Assembly (NCBI GenBank): GCA_039818205.1
Contig: JBCBUK010000002.1
Coordinates: 32,001 to 96,000 of the forward strand
DNA: 64,000 nucleotides
Direction of reading: 5' to 3'
From: Verrucomicrobiota bacterium
GTDB taxonomy: Bacteria; Verrucomicrobiota; Verrucomicrobiia; Opitutales; Cerasicoccaceae
Part shown: piece after piece, positions 50,317-59,007 of the stretch
Layout of the letters: every line of letters starts with the position of its first letter
Position numbering within the stretch: the first letter of the stretch is position 1
Made by a program: the position numbers and the translations under genes
The notes under the pieces: generated by a model
Seen by the model: only the letters and a program-made list of their open reading frames with translations
Told to the model about the DNA's origin: nothing
Database searches by the model: none

Positions 50317-53208
50317 ATGCAACGTCTTTTCAAAGTCTGCTACAATCATGCATTGATCGTAATAGCCTTGGTCCTCTTGGTGACGGGGTATGCGATTTGG
50401 CAGGCGTTCAGTCTTCAGGTAAATGTATCGACGGATTCACTGATCCCAGAGGACAGTCCGCTTCAGCAAGAGTATGACAGTGTTACCGAGAAGTTTGGTT
50501 CCGACCAGCTGGCGCTCGTCTACATCCAAGACGACGACCTTTTCAGTACCGAGAAGCTGGAACACTTAAAGACCCTGGGAAAAGAGCTGAAGAAGCTGCC
50601 CTTGGTTGAGCGGGTTGAGTCCCTCTTCACGGTGAATGATATTCGCTCGGTGAACGGTTGGGTGGATACCTCGCCGCTATTGCGCCGAATACCCAAGACG
50701 GCCGAGGCGCTCGAGGAGAAGCAGGAACAGGCGATTGAAAATCCGCTCATGCGGCGGGCGATTATTTCTAACTCCGGCAATGCGACGCTGATCACCCTCT
50801 ATTTGACGAGTGGCGATGGTGAGCAGATGGATCGTGACCAAGCGATCTACCAACAGATCGAGGAGATTTTGAATGGGCGATATGCAGCATCTGCACCCAA
50901 GCTGCCGGAGAATATCGACCAACTGCCGCCCGCAATCCGTCGGGCGATGGAGGAAAAGGCCAAGGAATCGGTGCAAGAGCCGGTCAATTACACCACAAAG
51001 TTTGATCGCATTTTTCAGGTGGGTAGCCCAGCGCTTCATGTCCTGATGGCGGATTATATCATCGACGATCAATCGGTTCTCCTGCCGATCGCTGCGCTCG
51101 TGCTCGTTTTGCTGATTGGCTTGATGATGGGTAGCTTTCAGGCAGCGATCATTCCGGTTATCAATGCGGTGATCAGTACCGCCTGGACCTTTGGCTTCAT
51201 GGTGGCCTTCGACATACCGATCAGCATGTTGAACTACATTGTCCCGGCCTTGATTTTGATTATTGGGGCAACGGAGGATGTCCACATCCTCAATGAATAC
51301 CGAGACGCCAAGGAGGAAGGAATAATTGGTGCGGAAGCCGTAGCGCAGATTGCCAATCGGATCGGGTTGACCCTGTTCTTAACCGGTGTGACTACCTCGC
51401 TGGGTTTTGCCGTAACGGGACTCAACGCGCTCTCGATCATGCAGGAATTTGGCATGACCGCAGCGCTCGGCATGCTTTCCCGCTTCGTTATTTCGATTAC
51501 CTTTTTACCCGCATGGCTGAGGCTTTTTGGCCGCTTTATTCGTTCCGCCCATCACACTGAGCGTCACGAGACAGCACACTTTAGACTAACGAACCGGATT
51601 AGCTCGTTCCTTGAGAAGCGACTGTTGAAAGACCCACGGCGGGTCATTGGCGTATTCCTGCTCATTGCGCTTCCCTGCTTGATCTTCATTCCGCAGATCC
51701 GGGTTAGCAACGATCTCATTAGCTTTTTGCGGCCGGATTCACCCATTGTTGAGCAGCTAAACCTTGTCGCGAATCAGCTGAGCGGCAGCAAGGTCATTTA
51801 CGTGACCTTTGATGGGACCGCGGGCGACTACAAGAAAGCGGACCGTCTGAAGGAGCTGGAGTCGCTCTCAAGTTGGTTGCGCCAGGATGATCGGCTCGAC
51901 ACGGTGACCTCGCTGGCCGACTACATTTCATTGGTCAATAAGGCAATGCGGGGCGGAGATCCTGCGGACCAGGTTATCCCTGATAACGATCAGCTCATTG
52001 CCCAGTACCTCGTCTTTTTCCATCGATCGGATTTAAAGCCATATGTGACGGGCGATTTCTCTTCGGCCAATGTGGTTATTCGGACCAATATCAGCGATAG
52101 CAGCGAACTGAACGAATTGGTTGCCAGTATTGAGCAAGCCGCTGACCAGGGGCAGTTCGGACGCAATCAGATTACGGTGTCGGGCAAATCGGTGATGGTG
52201 GCTTCGGCCGTTGATAAGATTATCGGTGGCCAGGTCATCTCCTTGTCCAGCATGACGGCACTCCTTTTCTTAATTGTTGGCGTCTTGTTCCTTTCGACCC
52301 GGGCGGCGAGCTTGGCGGTATTGTCCAACCTGTTCCCGGTGACTGTTGTATTTGGGATTATGGCCGTGTCCGGTGTCTCGCTCAATGTTGGTACTTGTAT
52401 GGTCGCCGCGATAACCATCGGTATCGCGGTGGACGACACGCTGCATCTGATGGTGCGTTACAACCGGGAGTTAAAGCGCCTCAAAGACGAACATAAAGCG
52501 ATCGTTGCATCGGTTCGGGCAGAGTTTTTTCCTGTGCTGACGACTTCCCTGGGCCTGGCGGGCGGCTTTGTCATTCTAGGATTCTCTAGCTTTGTGCCCG
52601 TTATGCAGTTTGGACTGCTCAGTGCGGTGGTCATGTTGCTGGCCTTGATTGCGGATGTAATCCTGACCCCGGTTCTGTTGTCAACCACTCGCCTGATCAC
52701 CCTCTGGGACGTATTGGGATTCAACCTGCGAAATGCCCTGCTGGAGCGATCGGAGATGTTTTCTGGCTTAACGAAATGGCAGGCAAAGAAGCTCATCCTC
52801 CTGGCCAATTTGGAAGAGCGGGAGGTCGGGGAATACATCGTCCGGGAGGGCGAGGTTGGCGATTGCGTCTACGTCATCATTGATGGCGAGCTCGAGGTAA
52901 CGAAAGAGATCGACGGCCGCCGAGTCGTCCTCTCTCGATTGAAGCTTGGGGACATCTTTGGCGAGGTCGCCTTGATCTCCGACGTCAAGCGGACGGCAGA
53001 CGTTACGGCGACAACGGACGCCCGATTGCTGGTGCTGGATTGGAATTCGTTGGTCAATCTGCAGCGATACAATCCGTTCTTGTCTTCGCGCTTGTTCCTT
53101 AACCTTTCGCGAATCCTGGGTCAGCGGCTTAAGTCTTCGCTCGAACGCATCGAGTCACCCGCACCGTTTCCGACGCGCACGCCCTTTAAGCCGAAGCAAA
53201 AGGGCTAG
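50317..53208 (+). CDS. MMPL/RND lipid exporter fused to a C-terminal cyclic-nucleotide-binding domain
   Basis: Two MMPL repeats (GATEDVHI..EY; GIAVDDTLH..RY); C-terminal IVREGE.GD.VYVI..GEL..FGEVAL....RTADV. Confidence 0.9.
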   Translation: MQRLFKVCYNHALIVIALVLLVTGYAIWQAFSLQVNVSTDSLIPEDSPLQQEYDSVTEKFGSDQLALVYIQDDDLFSTEKLEHLKTLGKELKKLPLVERVESLFTVNDIRSVNGWVDTSPLLRRIPKTAEALEEKQEQAIENPLMRRAIISNSGNATLITLYLTSGDGEQMDRDQAIYQQIEEILNGRYAASAPKLPENIDQLPPAIRRAMEEKAKESVQEPVNYTTKFDRIFQVGSPALHVLMADYIIDDQSVLLPIAALVLVLLIGLMMGSFQAAIIPVINAVISTAWTFGFMVAFDIPISMLNYIVPALILIIGATEDVHILNEYRDAKEEGIIGAEAVAQIANRIGLTLFLTGVTTSLGFAVTGLNALSIMQEFGMTAALGMLSRFVISITFLPAWLRLFGRFIRSAHHTERHETAHFRLTNRISSFLEKRLLKDPRRVIGVFLLIALPCLIFIPQIRVSNDLISFLRPDSPIVEQLNLVANQLSGSKVIYVTFDGTAGDYKKADRLKELESLSSWLRQDDRLDTVTSLADYISLVNKAMRGGDPADQVIPDNDQLIAQYLVFFHRSDLKPYVTGDFSSANVVIRTNISDSSELNELVASIEQAADQGQFGRNQITVSGKSVMVASAVDKIIGGQVISLSSMTALLFLIVGVLFLSTRAASLAVLSNLFPVTVVFGIMAVSGVSLNVGTCMVAAITIGIAVDDTLHLMVRYNRELKRLKDEHKAIVASVRAEFFPVLTTSLGLAGGFVILGFSSFVPVMQFGLLSAVVMLLALIADVILTPVLLSTTRLITLWDVLGFNLRNALLERSEMFSGLTKWQAKKLILLANLEEREVGEYIVREGEVGDCVYVIIDGELEVTKEIDGRRVVLSRLKLGDIFGEVALISDVKRTADVTATTDARLLVLDWNSLVNLQRYNPFLSSRLFLNLSRILGQRLKSSLERIESPAPFPTRTPFKPKQKG

Positions 53209-53229
53209 AATCCATTTTGAGGAAGTCTT

Positions 53230-53625
53230 TTTTCCCCAGGGGTGGCCGCCTGGGGACGCTGACGCATCCCCAGACGGTATCGTAGCATCAGCTGTAGTAG
53301 TAACGATCCTCGCGGCGTAAGGGGGTATTGCCGAGAGCGACCATTATCTCTTTTCGGTAAGCTGGACGCCGACCGAAGTAATGCCTGTTAGTAGGGCAGA
53401 AAAGTTTCGTTGGTAATTGAGTCAAAACGACGATTATAACGAAAATCCGCTGGGGGATTTTGACTGGAAGGTGATATAATGAGAACGTAGTTTCAAACGA
53501 TAGGCTCCGATATCTACGTTGGTGGGAAAGGATGTGATTTCCAAAATCACTTTGGCTGAGGCTAGCACTTGTAAAAAAATCGGCAAGCCCAGAATGTTAC
53601 AATTCGGGTTTTCCCTCCCCCCAGC
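53230..53625. ncRNA. Candidate structured non-coding RNA(s) between convergent genes
   Basis: 424-nt spacer with no credible ORF, a series of hairpins and TATAAT boxes on both strands; no known RNA family recognised. Confidence 0.35.
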
Positions 53626-53632
53626 TCCGGTA

Positions 53633-54265
53633 TCAAACGAGGACAAATGGGTTATTTAGGCGCTCGTGGTCGACTGTTGAGGTTGGACCATGGCCCGGGA
53701 AAATGGTGGTTTCCGGCGGAAGGGTGTATATTTGTTCCTTAATTGATCGTTCTAGGACGGGGAAACTGCCCCCTGGCAAATCGGTGCGGCCAATCCCGCC
53801 TGCAAATATTACGTCGCCGACGAAAGCGGCCTTTTCCTCGGGAAATACGAGGGTCACATTGCCTGGGCAGTGGCCCGGAGTGTGGCGAATGTCGATTGAG
53901 CGGCCGAGTAGTTCGAGGGGTTTGCTGGTGTCGAACCAGTGGTCAATCTGGGGTTCGTCAACCGCAGTCGGGATACCAAACATTGCCACCTGCTCCTTCA
54001 ACTTCGACATCATCTCACGATCATCTGCGTGGGCGTAGACGGGAGTTCCCTGGCGGTTGAATGCTGATGCGCCCATCACATGATCGAAATGTCCATGCGT
54101 CAAAAGGACGGCCACCAAGTTGATGCCCGAGCCATCAAGCACACCCGAGACCCGCTCCCAGGCCATCTGCGGAGCATCAATCAGGATGGCTTCCTTGCGG
54201 TCGTCATCCGTTAGTAAATAGGCGTTGGTCCCAATTGGAGGGAGTTCGAAGGTCTCGATCCGCAT
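53633..54265 (-). CDS. MBL-fold metallo-hydrolase (glyoxalase II/YcbL-like)
   Basis: THGHFDHV, HTPGHCPG, GD.IF.GGIGRTDLPG, PGHGP, E..NNPF. Confidence 0.92.
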   Translation of the reverse strand: MRIETFELPPIGTNAYLLTDDDRKEAILIDAPQMAWERVSGVLDGSGINLVAVLLTHGHFDHVMGASAFNRQGTPVYAHADDREMMSKLKEQVAMFGIPTAVDEPQIDHWFDTSKPLELLGRSIDIRHTPGHCPGNVTLVFPEEKAAFVGDVIFAGGIGRTDLPGGSFPVLERSIKEQIYTLPPETTIFPGHGPTSTVDHERLNNPFVLV

Positions 54266-54383
54266 GGTTAGTTTCTTAGATCGGCAGGTGGTCGGGTTCA
54301 ACGTTCGATTGTTTCGGCAAAGAACTAATTTTGCCAATTCATCGTTGCGTTTTCGTCACCGCACGCCTTTTTCGAAAGCCTCT

Positions 54384-55487
54384 ATGAGCAAAACCTTGAA
54401 ATTCGCAGTGTTGCCCGGCGATGGGATCGGGCCTGAAGTCATGGAAGTCGCGCTGGAAGTGCTGACTGCAGCGACTCAGTCCGAGGGCTATCATCTCGAT
54501 TTTGCGACTGCCGATGTCGGCGGTATCGCGATTGATAATCATGGCAAAGCATTGCCGCAATCCACTCTTGATGTTTGCCGTTCGGTGGACGCCATCTTGT
54601 TTGGATCCGTTGGTGGACCAAAATGGGAAACCCTGCCGCCCAAGGAACAACCAGAACGCGCAGCCCTCCTTCCACTGCGCAAGGAATTCAATCTGTTTGC
54701 CAACATCCGTCCAGGACTGCTCTTCCCGGAACTCGTTGATGCCTCCCCGCTAAAGACGGAGCGGATCCCTGAAGGAATCGATATTGTTTGTATTCGTGAG
54801 TTGACTGGCGGCATCTACTTTGGCCAGCCCAAGACCACGCGCACGCTGGACAATGGCGAGAAAGAAGCCTTGGACACCATGGTCTACAAGACCAGTGAGA
54901 TTGAGCGCATTGCCGAGGTCGCTGCAGTTTCTGCCTACGGGCGGGGCAAGCGGGTTTGCTCGGTCGACAAGGCCAATGTTCTTGAAACCTCGGTGTTGTG
55001 GCGCCAGACCGTTACCGAATACTTTGCGAAGAATCACCCTGAGATCGAGCTGAGTCACATGTATGTCGACAATGCGGCAATGCAACTGGCTCGGGATCCG
55101 AATCAGTTCGACGTGCTTTTCACTGAAAACATGTTTGGTGACATTCTCTCGGACGAAATGGGCGTAATTTGTGGCTCTCTCGGTATGATGAGCAGCGCTA
55201 GCTTGGGCACCGGAACGAACGCCCACAGCAAGCCATTCGGTCTGTATGAGCCAGCCGGTGGAACCGCGCCAGATATCGCAGGACAAGGCATCGCGAATCC
55301 GTGTGCTCAGATTCTGTCCGCTGCGATGATGTTGCGCTACAGTTTTGGTTTGGATGCGATTGCAGATCGTATCCAGGACGCCGTTAAGGCAACGGTTCAG
55401 GCTGGAACGCGCACGGGCGATATCGCCTTTGGTGGTGCGTCGGTCGGGACCAAGGAAATGGGCCAGGCAATCCAGGAGCGCCTCTAA
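54384..55487 (+). CDS. leuB: 3-isopropylmalate dehydrogenase
   Basis: LPGDGIGPEV, GSVGGPKW, RELTGGIYFG, VDKANVL, NMFGDILSD, EPAGGTAPDIAG. Confidence 0.97.
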   Translation: MSKTLKFAVLPGDGIGPEVMEVALEVLTAATQSEGYHLDFATADVGGIAIDNHGKALPQSTLDVCRSVDAILFGSVGGPKWETLPPKEQPERAALLPLRKEFNLFANIRPGLLFPELVDASPLKTERIPEGIDIVCIRELTGGIYFGQPKTTRTLDNGEKEALDTMVYKTSEIERIAEVAAVSAYGRGKRVCSVDKANVLETSVLWRQTVTEYFAKNHPEIELSHMYVDNAAMQLARDPNQFDVLFTENMFGDILSDEMGVICGSLGMMSSASLGTGTNAHSKPFGLYEPAGGTAPDIAGQGIANPCAQILSAAMMLRYSFGLDAIADRIQDAVKATVQAGTRTGDIAFGGASVGTKEMGQAIQERL

Positions 55488-55497
55488 GGTATTTTTT

Positions 55498-55529
55498 AAG
55501 CACGTGGGGTTCGCCTCACGTGCTTTTTT
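55498..55529 (+). terminator. Rho-independent terminator of leuB
   Basis: AAGCACGTGGGG-ttcg-CCTCACGTGC followed by T6. Confidence 0.88.
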
Positions 55530-55570
55530 GTGCCTTCAGGTCGAGATTTTCCGTTGCGTATCGACCTTGT

Positions 55571-56767
55571 CTAGGCGGGAGCCAAGGCAATTTCACGGTA
55601 GGGCTCTCGAAGCTCCGTCAGATCAATCATTGGCTCATCGGACTTTGATTCGAGAATCTGGGATGGAACCAAGATGTCTCCGAATCCCAAGGCTCCCGCA
55701 ACCGCCGTGTCGGAAGTCATGGATTGGTGGCAGCTTGCGTTTATCAAGCCCCCGGTGTAGGTCCACTTGCCAACGGGTTCACGCTCGCGGCGTGCCCCGA
55801 TCAAGCAGGCATCGACGACGGTGGGGATAAATCCGCGCTCGGCTCGGTAGAGTGAGCCCGAATAGCCCCACTCGAGTGAGCGTGCGCAGTCTCCATGGAT
55901 GGCATCGGCTTCGTCGATGAGGATCGGGGGCCGGTTGGGCCATTCGGCAAAGAGGGCGACGGCTGAGTTGGCAAAGGTGTTTTCGACTGCGAATGGTTGT
56001 TCGATATAGTCGACTTTTCTCCCGAGGCGGCTGGTGGTGGGCTCGGTTTCGAGGCGATCCCATAGGTTTTTCAGGCCCTGAGGCTCAAATGCCTGCATTC
56101 CGTCGAAGCTAAGTCGGTAGCGTTCGACTTTCAGATGATCGAGCGCCTGGACCAAATGCTGGATTCTCTCGAAGTCCGCATCGACGTTTCCCTGCAATTC
56201 CAGACTGAATCGTTGGAGACTATGGGCAGTAACCAGGCGCTGCAGAGCATCCGCTGAGGATAAATCGAATGCAGGATCGATCTGCAGTCTCACTGGGATT
56301 TCTTCTCGCGGCACTTCCATGAGCTCATGGGGCTGCCGCCCCTTCAAGGGGCTGCACACCATGCCGAGATCGATCTCAAAGGCATTGGTTTGGAGCAGTT
56401 CCGAGATTGAGCGTTCTCGGGAGCGGCAGAATGCATCGAGGATTGCCCGTTCAACCAGGGCGAGCCCGAATCGAGCAAACGCTGCTTGTCGATCGTTCGT
56501 TCGCTTCCAGATTTCCAGACGGTCGCGTAGATTCCGCCAAAATTTGAAGAAGGATTGACCATAGTTCTCCGTCGCCAGGCAAGCCGCCTGTTCAGCGGAC
56601 TGGAAGAGCGATTGCGGGTCATCGCCCCGCAGGTCAAAGATGGCGAGACCAGGCACCGGCGAGGCATTCTCGCCAATGGTGATTTGCAGTGTGCAGCACA
56701 AGGCACCCGGAGTTGCCGGAGAGGTTGAGGGGAGGGATTGAATGGACGAACGACGAACGCGTATCAT
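55571..56767 (-). CDS. Enolase/mandelate-racemase superfamily-like protein with degenerate active site
   Basis: A.FG.ALVERAILDA.CR N-domain; YIEQPF, ILIDEAD, GYSG barrel motifs; KxK absent. Confidence 0.65.
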   Translation of the reverse strand: MIRVRRSSIQSLPSTSPATPGALCCTLQITIGENASPVPGLAIFDLRGDDPQSLFQSAEQAACLATENYGQSFFKFWRNLRDRLEIWKRTNDRQAAFARFGLALVERAILDAFCRSRERSISELLQTNAFEIDLGMVCSPLKGRQPHELMEVPREEIPVRLQIDPAFDLSSADALQRLVTAHSLQRFSLELQGNVDADFERIQHLVQALDHLKVERYRLSFDGMQAFEPQGLKNLWDRLETEPTTSRLGRKVDYIEQPFAVENTFANSAVALFAEWPNRPPILIDEADAIHGDCARSLEWGYSGSLYRAERGFIPTVVDACLIGARREREPVGKWTYTGGLINASCHQSMTSDTAVAGALGFGDILVPSQILESKSDEPMIDLTELREPYREIALAPA

Positions 56768-56881
56768 TGCAGGAGTAGACTTTGGGTAGTCGGAGTCGGT
56801 TATCTATCACTTTGCGCCGCACATAAACAACAAATTTGCCCTTGGTTTGACTTTTTGATGCGGCTAAACTTCTTGATTATA

Positions 56882-57547
56882 GTGGCTTACAAGCATGTGA
56901 TTTGGGACTGGAATGGTACGCTGATGGATGATTCGTGGTTGTGCCTTGAGATTATGAACGGGATCTTAACCCGTCGCGGCCGCGAACCTATTCAGTTGGA
57001 GGACTATAGGGAAAATTTTCAATTCCCGGTGCAGCGATATTACGACTGGCTGCAGTTTGATCCAAGTGAAGACCCCTTTTCCAAGGTTAGCCATGAGTTT
57101 ATTGATGCCTACGAACAACGACGCACCGAGTGTCGGCTGTTTGATGGCGTGGTCGATGCACTCGCCTATTGGCATCAAGACGGAATTGAGCAGGTCGTAT
57201 TGTCAGCGTATCGCCATAATACACTGATCGAGATTGTCACCCATTATGGGCTGACGGGGTATTTCGACCGTTTGATCGGCCTGGATAATATCTACGCGGA
57301 GGGAAAGTCCGATCTAGCCGAATCGCATGCTGCTTCGCTGCGGCATGAGCCGCACGAAGTGTTGTTGATTGGAGACACGGTTCACGATGCGGAGGTAGCC
57401 GCAAAGATTGGTGCCGATTGTGTCCTCATTGCCGACGGTCACAATTCACTGCCTCGTCTGCTGGCTACGGGGTGTCCCGTGGTGCCGACGATTCTCGATC
57501 TCGAACAGGTCCTCGACTTGAAGACCCGAGCACTTCGCGCTAGTTAG
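56882..57547 (+). CDS. HAD family phosphatase (phosphoglycolate phosphatase-like)
   Basis: GTG start; WDWNGTL (DxN variant of motif I), LSA, K, IGDTVHD. Confidence 0.88.
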   Translation: MAYKHVIWDWNGTLMDDSWLCLEIMNGILTRRGREPIQLEDYRENFQFPVQRYYDWLQFDPSEDPFSKVSHEFIDAYEQRRTECRLFDGVVDALAYWHQDGIEQVVLSAYRHNTLIEIVTHYGLTGYFDRLIGLDNIYAEGKSDLAESHAASLRHEPHEVLLIGDTVHDAEVAAKIGADCVLIADGHNSLPRLLATGCPVVPTILDLEQVLDLKTRALRAS

Positions 57548-58308
57548 CCACTTGCGGATCGCTTGCCCTGAGCGATTAGGCGGTGGACACCGCGGTTTGC
57601 GGTGTTCTTTCGTGCGTGGTCCAGCGCCTTGCGTAGATGGTTGGTGTTCCCATTCTCAGCGGGCCCGATTTCTTCCAGGCTCGTCGGTAGGTCCATCTCG
57701 TCGTCGGGATCCGATTGCTGGACTTTGACGGGGCCGACGCCGAGCTCCGGATCGAGTTCTTCGGATTCGAGCGGTAGATCGTCGGCAAATAACTGATCGT
57801 CGGGGCTTTGCTTGGTGTCAGGCCCATTGCCACCAGATCCGACCAATGACGCTCCCGTTGGGCCAAAATTGAAATGAGGATTGGCTGGCGGGGTTGCTGC
57901 CTCTGCCGCCTTGGGCTGCTTGATCACCTCGCCCACGCCAAGGTCCTCGTCCGATTCGGTGAAGCGTGAGTGGGCAATGCGGGCGGACTCGGGCACGGAG
58001 CCGTTGTTGAGTTCGATCTCCGCGAGGCGGAACTCCAGCTTCACGACCTTGTTACGGATCTCGGCCCAATCTCCACCAGGCCCACCGTTGATGGCGTCGG
58101 CAATCAGCTCAATGACGTAGGGGGCGCAGGCGATCAGAGCACCCAGTGCAACGGATACCACCACCCAGGCCATTGCGGCTGTGGTTAATGCACCTTCTTG
58201 AGTGAAGGCAAGATACACACCGGCGATAACGAGCAATGCGTCGCCGATCCAGAACGGCCACTTTGGTATATGGCGTTTGGGTGCGCGCGGCAGATGATCA
58301 CTCGGCAT
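57544..58308 (-). CDS. Hypothetical membrane protein (2 TM, acidic disordered tail)
   Basis: PKWPFWIGDALL N-terminus, two TM helices, short coiled coil. Confidence 0.7.
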   Translation of the reverse strand: MPSDHLPRAPKRHIPKWPFWIGDALLVIAGVYLAFTQEGALTTAAMAWVVVSVALGALIACAPYVIELIADAINGGPGGDWAEIRNKVVKLEFRLAEIELNNGSVPESARIAHSRFTESDEDLGVGEVIKQPKAAEAATPPANPHFNFGPTGASLVGSGGNGPDTKQSPDDQLFADDLPLESEELDPELGVGPVKVQQSDPDDEMDLPTSLEEIGPAENGNTNHLRKALDHARKNTANRGVHRLIAQGKRSASG

Positions 58309-58437
58309 GCAGGTTGAACTAAGGGCTTATGTAACGGTATTGCAAACAGAAACTCATGTGTCGCGTGAGAAGCCGTGATTAATTGCCGGACCATCTTCAC
58401 TGTTGCCGTCTCGAATGTGCTTCCTAGTGTGCCTGCA

Positions 58438-59007
58438 ATGATGGAGTTTTTCCAGAGTTTGATCGAATGGACTCAGTCCATCAATCCGGTATTCGTAATG
58501 CCGGCGGTCGCGATATTGCCGTTGTTCGGATTCCCGGTTTCGGCACTGCTCATCATGGCGGGTTACTACTATGGTCCATGGTATGGAATGGTCGTGAGCC
58601 TGATCGGCATCGCGATCAATGATACCTTGGCTTATTGGTTGGCCCGCACCTTTATGCGTGGACCGATTCTCCGATTCCTCGAGAAGCGCAAAGTCAAGGT
58701 GCCCGACATTCCGAAGAAGGAAGAGATTCGGGTCATTGCGTTGATTCGCATCACCCCTGGGGCGCCGCTGTTCATCCAGAATTACCTGTTGGGCCTAGCT
58801 AACGTGAACTTTGCTCGATATATGTTGGTGTCGGTGCCGATTCAGGCGATCCACGCGGCTGGCTTCGTGGTTTTTGGTGGGGCCATATTTGAGGGTAAGA
58901 CTGGGACCATCATTTTCGCCGTTTTCTTCATGATCGCATTGGTTATCATCTTGCGTGTCGTCCACAGCCAAAACCAAGCCCGTGCCGCCAAAAAAGCCGC
59001 ATCCTGA
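58438..59007 (+). CDS. TVP38/TMEM64 (VTT/DedA) family membrane protein
   Basis: LPLFGFP, G..YGP..G, LIRITPGAPLFIQNYLLGL. Confidence 0.88.
   Translation: MMEFFQSLIEWTQSINPVFVMPAVAILPLFGFPVSALLIMAGYYYGPWYGMVVSLIGIAINDTLAYWLARTFMRGPILRFLEKRKVKVPDIPKKEEIRVIALIRITPGAPLFIQNYLLGLANVNFARYMLVSVPIQAIHAAGFVVFGGAIFEGKTGTIIFAVFFMIALVIILRVVHSQNQARAAKKAAS

Noticed and set aside
53219..53625. RNase P RNA, tmRNA or SRP RNA
   Set aside because: GAGGAAGTC lacks the exact GAGGAAAGTCC motif and its 3' partner; no tRNA-like ends and no SRP GGAA-loop motif found.
53434..53646. 70-aa minus-strand ORF in the spacer
   Set aside because: Non-ATG start inside the MBL gene end, no motifs; the region is better explained by RNA structure.
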